Shown here piece by piece: positions 55,933-64,000 of a DNA stretch of 64,000 bases. Both the position numbers and the translations under genes were made by a program. Below the pieces are notes generated by a model. That model searched no databases and was not told where the DNA came from. It was given only the letters and a program-made list of their open reading frames with translations. The DNA lies in contig CAYQPW010000008.1 of NCBI GenBank assembly GCA_964419565.1, forward strand, positions 28,284 through 92,283, read 5' to 3'. The DNA comes from an uncultured bacterium (GTDB lineage: Bacteria > Hydrothermota > Tepidihabitantia > SM23-42). Within the stretch, counting starts at the first letter, position 1. Each line of letters opens with the position of its first letter.

Positions 55933-56904
55933 TTACTTTTCAAAAATTTCTACTACTTCATTGACCGCCGGCATGCGGTTATGTTTATAAAAGAAAATCC
56001 TCTGATAATGCGCGTGGTCGGTCACGTAAAAATCATCGTTGATTAAATCAATAGCAACTGTTTTGTTACTCGCAAAATAGTTGCCGATAATAAATTCCAA
56101 GATGAGAACAACAACCGCAATTGCCAGGGTGATCGGCATTCGCAGAGCCTTAATAGAGAAATCCTTTTTCTGCCGTATCTTCTTTGGCGTTGGTTTTGCA
56201 TAGGCCATGGTAATTTGACCTGTGGACAGAAGACGATACAAGTATGAGTAAGTACGGAACTTGCCCAATCCTGAAATCTCGATCATATCATCGACGCTGC
56301 GATGACCATTGAGCAATGATAAAACACGTTCTTCCTCGGCTGATGGTTTCAATTTAAGTTCCGGACGTTCGACCTTTTTAAAAACGATATCACCAGAGGT
56401 AATAGATTTACTGATCTTGGACCATTCATCAAAACGACGTGCAGCTTCAAGGATCAGACCTTCGGTATTCATGCGTATTCTTATCACACTTTTTGGATAG
56501 ATAATCGAGTTCTGTTCGAATTTAAAAGCGCCGTCGTTCCATGTAAAGATCTCGTCAATGACTTCCTGTATTTTAAATTTTATAAGGCTTTCCACTTGAT
56601 CCCTGGTAACGTACTTGTCTTCCAGGATAATATTCATAATAGGTCTTTTTGTTTCCTGGTGGATTTCTTCGACGAGTTCGTAGACATTCTTACCGATAAT
56701 CCCAGATCTTACCAGATACTTCTCCATCCTTTCTGCTTTCTCACCCTTTTCGTAGAAAGCTCCGGTAACCTGTCCAGTAGAAAAACCGATATCAACTACC
56801 TCATTACGGCGTTTGATCTTTAATACGCCGGTGAGATTCTCCTGCGATATTAGTTGCATAACACTCGACAGATTAAGACTTTTTAGATCACCCTCAATCG
56901 GCAT
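55933..56904 (-). CDS. DUF4388 (PATAN-like) domain protein with C-terminal TM segment
   Basis: N-terminal GDLKSLNLSSVMQLISQENLTGVLKIKRRNEVVDIGFSTGQVTGAFY matches the DUF4388 pattern. Confidence 0.7.
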   Translation of the reverse strand: MPIEGDLKSLNLSSVMQLISQENLTGVLKIKRRNEVVDIGFSTGQVTGAFYEKGEKAERMEKYLVRSGIIGKNVYELVEEIHQETKRPIMNIILEDKYVTRDQVESLIKFKIQEVIDEIFTWNDGAFKFEQNSIIYPKSVIRIRMNTEGLILEAARRFDEWSKISKSITSGDIVFKKVERPELKLKPSAEEERVLSLLNGHRSVDDMIEISGLGKFRTYSYLYRLLSTGQITMAYAKPTPKKIRQKKDFSIKALRMPITLAIAVVVLILEFIIGNYFASNKTVAIDLINDDFYVTDHAHYQRIFFYKHNRMPAVNEVVEIFEK

Positions 56905-58618
56905 GGTGCTCCCTTATCATAGAAAAAGATATTATATAAGAAATAATTGCGATAATCGCGGCGAAGAGGAAAACAACTGGACCAAGGGGCAGAGTTATCC
57001 AACCGGTTGGTTTTACGAAGATATACGGGGAGAAAAGAGGGATATAACCGATCAGCACCAGGCATACGAGGATCGAACCGACCAGATGTTTTTTAATATA
57101 TATCAAACCTGCACCGGGGATGATGATATTGAGTGCGTAAAGTATGATCTTTTTAATCACTCTTCTTCGTCTGCCAACAGTTCTTCGTAAGGCTTGTTCG
57201 ATTTCATCCTTTTTTGTCGACTTAAATCTTGTAAAACAGTCCTTGCAGATTACCTCTTGATCGATTTCTTGCGAACAGTCTTTGCATATCGGACGCCCAC
57301 AGCTGCTGCAAAAGAAGGGCGGGGATAATTTGAAAGGGATAAAACTCATGATCAGAATAAGAACCAAGGGTATAATATAAGCAGTTTTGACGATGCCATT
57401 GCTTTCCAAATTCTCGGCCATAACATATTTGTAAAGATCATTATTATCCGGTGTTATATCAACAAAATCTTCATAGGGGCTAATAAATCCTCGACGGCGG
57501 GCTTCCTCCATATACCTGGAGGATTCTGAATATTCGATATTTCTCAGCTTCAACAGACCCATATTAAAATATGCTTCCCCCCGGTCTTGTATTAATATCG
57601 CCATGTTATATAACGATTCGGCGAGTGCCGTTTCATCATATGCTGCATAGATGTTAGCCAGATTATTGACGATGGCGATATTCCGGTTGCCGTCATAGAA
57701 AAGGTCTTCATAAAGCTCCATTGCTTCTTCTGTGTTGCCTTCCTGTTTTAAGCCATAGGCTAAGAATTCCCGGTCAATATCATGCATTTCCTGTGCATTG
57801 ATCGCCGTGTCGTATGTTACGAGTTCATATATTTGATAGCTTTGATTATTTTCTTTGAGGAAAACTATGAAATTATTGATAGGCAGAGAAAGTACGAAAA
57901 TTAGCAACAATATAAGGAGATCTAATCTTAACCAGTTTTTTTCCCGTTTTGTCATCACCAGCATGAGGAGAAAAGCATAGCATACAAAAATAAGGTATGG
58001 ATTGCGCAATACTATGATCGGTATTAGAAGCACCAGAATTTTCAGAATATCCGCGAAGCGAAAGTGAAATCGCGGCCAGATCTGGTGGCTCAAAGCCGGT
58101 AAATAGTAAACAATTTTCACGATAACATAGATCACTCCCCAAAGGAATGCTGTGGCAAAGAGCAATATTATCAGATTAGTCATAGTAAAAAGCTGATTTC
58201 TAAAATCAGATAATACCGGAAGAAATAATGCCGTTCGAACGTTGCTTAAGTCACGATGCATGACAGCTAAGGATATGAACGATAAGAAATTCTCAACCGC
58301 CGCCGAATCGAAGTGAGTGGCAAGCTGTAATTTACTGACTTTTGTGTCATAATCAGTTGCTTCTTTGGCTTCCCAACGAAGAACTGCTGACAAGTTAAAA
58401 TTTCTCCTCATATGGAGTTTCTTGAGCAGGGAGTCAGCCTCGGAGTTACCTGAAGTGCTGCGCCAGAACCAGAGTACAACCGGATCATCAGCAAACTCGG
58501 ATATGCTCTGATAGCCACGCGTAAGATTGATAAATACCGAATCGCTTGCCGGTGAATTGACAAAATGCTGATAATTTTTACTGAATTGAGCGACAAAAAG
58601 CAGTAGAAAAATCGACAT
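56894..58618 (-). CDS. Polytopic membrane protein with TPR-like region and a cytoplasmic Cys-rich zinc-ribbon motif
   Basis: Multiple TM segments, TPR-like helices (EEAMELYEDLFYDGN..., AESLYNMAILIQDRGEAYFNMGLL), and CSSCGRPICKDCSQEIDQEVICKDCF. It overlaps the downstream DUF4388 gene by 11 nt. Confidence 0.6.
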   Translation of the reverse strand: MSIFLLLFVAQFSKNYQHFVNSPASDSVFINLTRGYQSISEFADDPVVLWFWRSTSGNSEADSLLKKLHMRRNFNLSAVLRWEAKEATDYDTKVSKLQLATHFDSAAVENFLSFISLAVMHRDLSNVRTALFLPVLSDFRNQLFTMTNLIILLFATAFLWGVIYVIVKIVYYLPALSHQIWPRFHFRFADILKILVLLIPIIVLRNPYLIFVCYAFLLMLVMTKREKNWLRLDLLILLLIFVLSLPINNFIVFLKENNQSYQIYELVTYDTAINAQEMHDIDREFLAYGLKQEGNTEEAMELYEDLFYDGNRNIAIVNNLANIYAAYDETALAESLYNMAILIQDRGEAYFNMGLLKLRNIEYSESSRYMEEARRRGFISPYEDFVDITPDNNDLYKYVMAENLESNGIVKTAYIIPLVLILIMSFIPFKLSPPFFCSSCGRPICKDCSQEIDQEVICKDCFTRFKSTKKDEIEQALRRTVGRRRRVIKKIILYALNIIIPGAGLIYIKKHLVGSILVCLVLIGYIPLFSPYIFVKPTGWITLPLGPVVFLFAAIIAIISYIISFSMIREHHAD

Positions 58619-58835
58619 AATCGGTTATATTATAGGGTATATTTTTGTTCTGTCAATACCATAATTGATCTAAGCCTGAGTTCATCCTGGAGTTGTAAAC
58701 CTCTATATTTCATGGGGAAGCTTGACTTCGAAATGTTTTCGGATATAATATATTTATGTGAATCAGCGAAGAATCATTTTTTAAAACTGTGTTTAAAATA
58801 GTAAGTTAGTTCATAGCATTGGAAAGGAGGCTTCA

Positions 58836-59045
58836 ATGCCTGAAGTCAAGATTTTGGAAGAAGTTTGCAAAGGATGCGGCCTATGCTGTGATGATGTATG
58901 TCCTGAGGGCATCCTTATCCTTGCACCTGACCGGATCAACTCAAGTGGTTACCACCCAGCGATGGTTACGGATATGGAAAAATGTAAAGGTTGCGGATTC
59001 TGTTATATGGTGTGTCCAGAACCAGCGATTGAAGTCTACAAATAA
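58836..59045 (+). CDS. 2-oxoacid:ferredoxin oxidoreductase delta subunit (2x[4Fe-4S] ferredoxin)
   Basis: CKGCGLCCDDVCP and CKGCGFCYMVCP cluster motifs. SD AAGGAGG. Promoter TTGACT-16-TATAAT at 58722..58749. Confidence 0.85.
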   Translation: MPEVKILEEVCKGCGLCCDDVCPEGILILAPDRINSSGYHPAMVTDMEKCKGCGFCYMVCPEPAIEVYK

Positions 59046-59055
59046 GGGGAGTGAC

Positions 59056-60123
59056 ATGGCTGATAAGAGATTAATGTATGGTAATCACGCAATAGTCGAG
59101 GGTGTGCTTGCAGCAGGTTGCCGTTTTTTTGCTGGTTACCCGATCACACCACAAAATGAGATCCCAGAATTAATGTCAATAAGAATGAATGAAGAAGGCG
59201 GCGTTTTTATTCAGACTGAAAGTGAAATCGCGGCTATTAATATGCTTTTTGGCGCCGCGGCGGCAGGTAAGAGAGCGATGACGTCATCATCCTCCCCAGG
59301 TATCAGTCTTATGCAGGAAGGGATTTCATATTTGGCGGGCGCTGATATACCAGTTCTCGTTGTCAACGTCGTTAGAGGCGGTCCTGGACTCGGTAATATA
59401 GCACCAGCGCAGTCTGATTATTACCAGGCAACCAGGGGTGGCGGACATGGTGATTACTTCACTATTACCCTAGCGCCAAATTCGGCTCAGGATCTATACG
59501 AATTTCCTAAACTTGCCTTTGATTTAGCCGAGCAGTACCGAACTCCGGCTCTGCTTTTAGCCGACGGTCTATTGGGTCAGATGATGGAACCGGTGGAATT
59601 TTCTTTTAAACCGATCGATCCAGAGAGTCTGCCGGAAAAAGAGTGGGCTTTGAGCGGGTGTAGTGGTAGGGAAAGAAGGGTGGTCCGTTCATATGACCTG
59701 AAACCGGGTAAGCTCGAGGAAATGAATGTCCGCAGATTTGAGAAATACGACATTATTAGGAAAAAAGAACAACGCTTCAAAGCCGAGTATTGTAATGATG
59801 CCGATTTAATCATTGTTGCTTACGGCACCTGTTCGCGCGTCTCAGGTGCAGCAATGAGAATGGCCCGGGACAAAGGGTTGAAAGTTGGTCTGCTAAGACC
59901 GGTTACGCTATGGCCTTTTCCAACCGATGTGTTTGCTGATCTGTCAAAGAGTACTGAGAACTTCCTCGTTGTGGAAATGAGCTGTGGTCAGATGATTGAT
60001 GATGTGAAGCTTGCTACTGAATGTCGTTCAAAGATTCACTTTCACGGGCGTCCAGGCGGCGGCGTACCGACACCACCTGAAATCTATGAGAAGATCGAGA
60101 AGATATTAGGGGGTGCCAAATGA
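59056..60123 (+). CDS. 2-oxoacid:ferredoxin oxidoreductase alpha subunit
   Basis: MADKRLMYGNHAIVEGVLAAGCRFFAGYPITPQNEI... is the canonical KorA/PorA/VorA N-terminus. The upstream part of track ORF 58819.. overlaps the ferredoxin gene in another frame and is discarded. Confidence 0.9.
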   Translation: MADKRLMYGNHAIVEGVLAAGCRFFAGYPITPQNEIPELMSIRMNEEGGVFIQTESEIAAINMLFGAAAAGKRAMTSSSSPGISLMQEGISYLAGADIPVLVVNVVRGGPGLGNIAPAQSDYYQATRGGGHGDYFTITLAPNSAQDLYEFPKLAFDLAEQYRTPALLLADGLLGQMMEPVEFSFKPIDPESLPEKEWALSGCSGRERRVVRSYDLKPGKLEEMNVRRFEKYDIIRKKEQRFKAEYCNDADLIIVAYGTCSRVSGAAMRMARDKGLKVGLLRPVTLWPFPTDVFADLSKSTENFLVVEMSCGQMIDDVKLATECRSKIHFHGRPGGGVPTPPEIYEKIEKILGGAK

Positions 60124-60869
60124 AAAAGGTTTTTTCAAGACCAGGGGGATTGACCGATACCTTAATGAGATACTGTCCAGGATGTGGGCATGGAATCGTA
60201 CACCGTATAATCGGTGAACTACTCGTCGAATTGAACATCCGAGAAAAAGCTGTCGGTATTGCACCAGTTGGATGTTCAGTTTTTGCAGATGAATATTTCA
60301 ATTGTGACATGATTCAACCACCCCATGGTCGGGGACCGGCTGTATCAACCGGGATAAAAAGAGCCCGACCCGACTGCATAGTGTTCAGCTATCAGGGCGA
60401 TGGTGACCTTGCCTCGATAGGTACTGCCGAGATCATCCATGCAGCAGCACGTAATGAGAATATAACCGTTGTTTTTATAAACAATGCGATTTTTGGCATG
60501 ACCGGTGGTCAAATGGCACCGACAACACTGCCCGGGATGAGGTCAACAACATCAGTAAAAGGGCGTGATATAAAGAAACAGGGTTACCCCATGAAAATTT
60601 GCGAAATGCTTGCAAGCCTCGATGGTCCTTATTACCTGGAACGGTGTGCGGTTGATATCCCGAAAAATGTCGTCAAAACGAAAAAAGCCCTGAAAAAAGC
60701 ATTTAATAACCAGATTAATGGCAATGGTTTTTCACTCGTTGAGATCCTCTCAATGTGCCCTACAGGATGGGGACAAACCCCGGTACAGTCGAAAAGATGG
60801 ATTCAAGAAACGATGTCAAAGTATTACCCCCTGGGAACATATCGCGATCAGTCTAAGGAGGCAGAATGA
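60120..60869 (+). CDS. 2-oxoacid:ferredoxin oxidoreductase beta subunit (TPP-binding)
   Basis: YCPGCGHG, and GDGDLASIGTAE...NNAIFGMTGGQ (the TPP motif). Confidence 0.9.
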   Translation: MKKVFSRPGGLTDTLMRYCPGCGHGIVHRIIGELLVELNIREKAVGIAPVGCSVFADEYFNCDMIQPPHGRGPAVSTGIKRARPDCIVFSYQGDGDLASIGTAEIIHAAARNENITVVFINNAIFGMTGGQMAPTTLPGMRSTTSVKGRDIKKQGYPMKICEMLASLDGPYYLERCAVDIPKNVVKTKKALKKAFNNQINGNGFSLVEILSMCPTGWGQTPVQSKRWIQETMSKYYPLGTYRDQSKEAE

Positions 60870-61399
60870 CTAAAGAAATAATCATTTCAGGTTTTGGCGG
60901 ACAGGGGATCGTTAGTTCAGGGATCATTCTTGCCCATGGTGGTTTAATAGAAAACAAACACGTAACCTTTTTCCCTTCTTATGGTGCTGAAATGCGTGGG
61001 GGAACAGCAAATTGCTCAGTAGTCATATCTGCTGAACCGGTTGCATCACCAATTGTCGCATCCCCTGATGTGGTTATTATTATGAATGAACCTTCTTTGA
61101 CACGTTTTGAACCTACCGTGAAAACCGGGGGTATGCTTTTTTTCAACAAAACTTTGATCAAATCAAAACCGAAGCGTACAGACATTACAGTTATTCCAGT
61201 CGAGGCAAATGCTCTGGCCGAAGAGCTGGGACAGGGACGCGTTGCCAATATGATCATGCTTGGGGCCATGGCAAAGAAGACTGGCATGCTTAGTCTGAAA
61301 ACACTACAAAAAGCACAGCGTAAGCGATATACAAAAGCAAGTGATGAGCAATTAACCTTAAATGATAAGGCTTTGGAAAAAGGATATGGACTTTTATAG
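60866..61399 (+). CDS. 2-oxoacid:ferredoxin oxidoreductase gamma subunit
   Basis: IIISGFGGQGIVSSG...YGAEMRGG... is the typical gamma subunit pattern. Confidence 0.88.
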   Translation: MTKEIIISGFGGQGIVSSGIILAHGGLIENKHVTFFPSYGAEMRGGTANCSVVISAEPVASPIVASPDVVIIMNEPSLTRFEPTVKTGGMLFFNKTLIKSKPKRTDITVIPVEANALAEELGQGRVANMIMLGAMAKKTGMLSLKTLQKAQRKRYTKASDEQLTLNDKALEKGYGLL

Positions 61400-61552
61400 G
61401 GGAATTTCTAAATCCGAAATCCTAAATACTAAACAAATTTTAGTTGGCGAAAGGTAATATTCGGAACACGATCTTTAAAGAAAAATGGTTTGAACATTCG
61501 AGTTTTGATATTGTTTAGAATTTAGAGATTAGCATTTAGTATTTGATAAAAG

Positions 61553-63967
61553 ATGTTTGATAAGATACTTCCGCTTGTAAAAAAGCCAATACGTTATACT
61601 GGTGGCGAGTATAACATAACAATAAAGAAACAGCCAGTCATCCGCACTGGTATTGTTTTTCCCGAAGTATATGAAATTGGTATGTCTAATCTTGGGATAA
61701 GGATACTTTACCATATCCTGAATAGTGAAGCTGGTATACAGTGTGAGCGAATATTTGCGCCGTGGCCGGATTTTGGCGAGAAACTAAGTACAAACGAACT
61801 TCCGCTTTACGGTTTAGAGACGAAAAAACCGGTACATGATTTCGATATGCTGGGTTTTTCCTTGCAGAGTGAATTATGTTATACTACTGTACTCTATATG
61901 TTAGAACTTGCCCAGATACCATTTCGCAGTTCTGACCGGGATCACAGCCATCCGATTCTTATCGCTGGTGGTCCTGCGGTCTTGAATCCATCACCACTTT
62001 CCCCGGTTTTTGATGCATTTGTCATAGGTGACGGCGAAGAAGTCATCCGAACGATTGGACAAATACTGAAAGATATTCCTAGAAATAAAAAAAATGATCG
62101 CCTTACCGAAATGTCGAAACTCGAGGGCATTTGGGTTCCTCAAATACACGGCAGTGAAAAAACAATTAAGAAATTAGCGGTACGAGAACTCACCGAGCAG
62201 GCATTGCCCTTACCGCCGATCCTGCCCATTTGTGAAATAACCCACGACCGTTTAGCTATCGAAGTAATGAGAGGATGCACCTGGGGCTGTCGTTTTTGCC
62301 AGGCCGGGTATGTTAATCGGCCACAAAGGATTCGATCAGAACAGGAAATTCTAAAAGCGGTCGAAAAAGGCATAAGAGATACTGGCTGGGAAGAAATATC
62401 ATTGCTTTCGTTCTCGATTCTTGATTATCCAGACCTGCTAAATATGATAAGACGACTGAATGCGATCTTGCGGAAGAAAATGATAAATATCTCTCTTCCT
62501 GCTATGCGTGGTGAATTGTTCAGTGAAGATCTGGGGTTACTCCTTAAAGAAATTAAGAAAACAGGTTTAACATTCGCCCCGGAAACAGCAAGTGAAGACT
62601 TAAGACGTAAATTGAACAAGTCGTTTTCAAATGACAGACTTATTAATTCAATTCAGTCGGCTCATAAACTTGGCTGGAAACAAGTAAAACTTTATTTTAT
62701 GGTGGGATTACCCTTTGAAAGTAATTCCGATATTATGGAAATGGAGAAACTTGTCGGACAGATACTAAAGGCATACCCGAAAGGTGGTATAAAACTTTCG
62801 ATTAACCCCTTCGTGCCTAAACCTCACACGCCATTCGAGAACGTTGCCATGGCTCCCTTAAGCGAATTAAGAGAAAAAATAGATATCATAAAAGAAATGA
62901 GGCGCCGCCGCGTCGAGGTAAAATATCAGGATCCAGAAGTGTCTTTTGTTGAAGCGGTTATGTCGAAAGCAGATGCGAAGGTATTTCCAGTCATAGAAAC
63001 TGTGTACCGACAGGGCGGAAAATTCGAAGAATGGCGTGAAGGATTTAATTTTGAGCGGTGGCAGCATGCTTTTGATGAAAATGGCATTGACCCGATGGAT
63101 TATTTGAGACCAAAAGACAAACATCCATGGGATTTTCTTGATGTTGGTGTCAGCAAGGATTTTCTTAAGGCAGAATTTTCGCGTGCAGAAAAATCAGTGA
63201 CAACTGAAAACTGTTTCTATAATAATTGCTCGAACTGTGGAGCCTGTGATGGGGATATGGTGAAGCATTCAACAAGCTCTGAGAAATTCGTTCACTATGG
63301 GCGATTCCCCAAGAGAAAGATCCAAGCCAAGTCTTATCGAGTGAAGTATTCAATCGGTGAAATATTCCGCTACGCTTCGCACCTGGATATTACAAGAACA
63401 ATATATCGCGCACTGCGCAGGTCGGATCTGCCTGTACAGTTTACCCAGGGATTTGCGCCGATACCTAAGGTGTCTTTTTGCCCGCCCAAGAGCGTTGGTC
63501 AGACGACAAAAGGTGATTTTTTTGATTTTTCGCTCGCCGCTGAGTATTACGGTAACATATCGATGGAGCTTAACTCCCGATTTCCTTCCGGGATCCGGGT
63601 ACTTGAAGTTCGGCCTATGTCTGCTAATACACCATCACTTTCCAGTTCGATAAACTTGATCTACTACGAAGTCATGGTGCCCAAGGATCTGTTAAAAAAG
63701 CCCTTGGATTTTCCACTGGATAATCCAATATATGTTCAGGCAAAATCGGGGATGAAAAAAGTACAGGATGGTCTAGAATCAATAAGTTATGATGGTGACA
63801 TTCTATCCTGCGGCATAAGATTTGGAGGCGGGAAGATAAATATCTACGATCTAGTCAGTTATTTAACCGATCTTTCTGCTGAGGAAAGCAAGATTTTTAA
63901 GACAACAAGGACCACAATGTTTATAAAGAAGGAAGGGATACTGTACTCTCCAATGGAGGTAAAGTGA
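61553..63967 (+). CDS. B12-binding-domain radical SAM protein (TIGR03960-like) fused to a DUF2344 (TIGR03936-like) C-terminal domain
   Basis: N-terminus MFDKILPLVKKPIRYTGGEYN. Radical SAM cluster motif RGCTWGCRFCQAG. C-terminal RVKYSIGEIFRYASHLDITRTIYRALRRSDLPVQFTQGFAPIPKVSF. Confidence 0.85.
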   Translation: MFDKILPLVKKPIRYTGGEYNITIKKQPVIRTGIVFPEVYEIGMSNLGIRILYHILNSEAGIQCERIFAPWPDFGEKLSTNELPLYGLETKKPVHDFDMLGFSLQSELCYTTVLYMLELAQIPFRSSDRDHSHPILIAGGPAVLNPSPLSPVFDAFVIGDGEEVIRTIGQILKDIPRNKKNDRLTEMSKLEGIWVPQIHGSEKTIKKLAVRELTEQALPLPPILPICEITHDRLAIEVMRGCTWGCRFCQAGYVNRPQRIRSEQEILKAVEKGIRDTGWEEISLLSFSILDYPDLLNMIRRLNAILRKKMINISLPAMRGELFSEDLGLLLKEIKKTGLTFAPETASEDLRRKLNKSFSNDRLINSIQSAHKLGWKQVKLYFMVGLPFESNSDIMEMEKLVGQILKAYPKGGIKLSINPFVPKPHTPFENVAMAPLSELREKIDIIKEMRRRRVEVKYQDPEVSFVEAVMSKADAKVFPVIETVYRQGGKFEEWREGFNFERWQHAFDENGIDPMDYLRPKDKHPWDFLDVGVSKDFLKAEFSRAEKSVTTENCFYNNCSNCGACDGDMVKHSTSSEKFVHYGRFPKRKIQAKSYRVKYSIGEIFRYASHLDITRTIYRALRRSDLPVQFTQGFAPIPKVSFCPPKSVGQTTKGDFFDFSLAAEYYGNISMELNSRFPSGIRVLEVRPMSANTPSLSSSINLIYYEVMVPKDLLKKPLDFPLDNPIYVQAKSGMKKVQDGLESISYDGDILSCGIRFGGGKINIYDLVSYLTDLSAEESKIFKTTRTTMFIKKEGILYSPMEVK

Positions 63968-64000
63968 AAAAGAAAGATATAGTCATTAACGTTTCGAATA
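63964..64000 (+). CDS. Start of the next gene (partial, 12 codons), possibly an RNase E/G-family protein
   Basis: The GTG overlaps the upstream stop (GTGA). VKKKDIVINVSN resembles Rne/Rng N-termini, and such genes commonly follow this radical SAM gene. The stretch is very short, so support is weak. Confidence 0.3.
   Translation, partial: MKKKDIVINVSN

Noticed and set aside
58819-59055. Upstream 79 codons of the track ORF 58819..60123
   Set aside because: This part overlaps the well-supported ferredoxin (delta subunit) gene 58836..59045 in another frame. The alpha subunit starts at ATG 59056 with its own SD and a canonical N-terminus.

Overview
The window reads as a gene-dense (about 90% coding) piece of a bacterial chromosome, most likely from an uncultivated diderm. 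The diderm call rests on LptF/G, TolC, OmpA, BtuB-type and beta-barrel genes. Several predicted secreted proteins end in T9SS-type C-terminal sorting domains, which by inference suggests an FCB-superphylum-like organism. Most of the content is housekeeping: purD-purE, guaB, thyX, accD, recJ, PBP1A, a 4-subunit 2-oxoacid:ferredoxin oxidoreductase, a TolC-MacA-MacB efflux operon, four tRNAs, and a cobalamin riboswitch in front of a TonB-dependent receptor. I saw no CRISPR array, transposase or prophage. The main finding is the RNase P RNA gene (rnpB, 49205..50127). All type-A conserved blocks are present, but the gene is about 923 nt long because the loops of helices P3 and P9 each carry a same-strand insert of about 250-280 nt. 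Each insert encodes a small GIY-YIG nuclease paralog, and each is closed by a long perfect helix that contains the ORF stop codon. Other items worth a second look:
- A tandemly duplicated two-gene cassette of unknown function (44254..46226).
- A signal-peptide-less fusion of a chemoreceptor-like signalling domain to a family-5 solute-binding domain, co-transcribed behind a tRNA-Met with an 8-nt leader and followed by a coiled-coil protein of more than 698 aa.
- A GGDEF-STAND ATPase-TPR protein.
- A recurrent consensus-promoter-to-ATG (leaderless) arrangement.
- A CDS whose last codons and stop lie inside tRNA-Glu.
- A bacterial GGGPS/PcrB homolog.
All calls come from reading the sequence and the supplied ORF translations. 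No database search was run.
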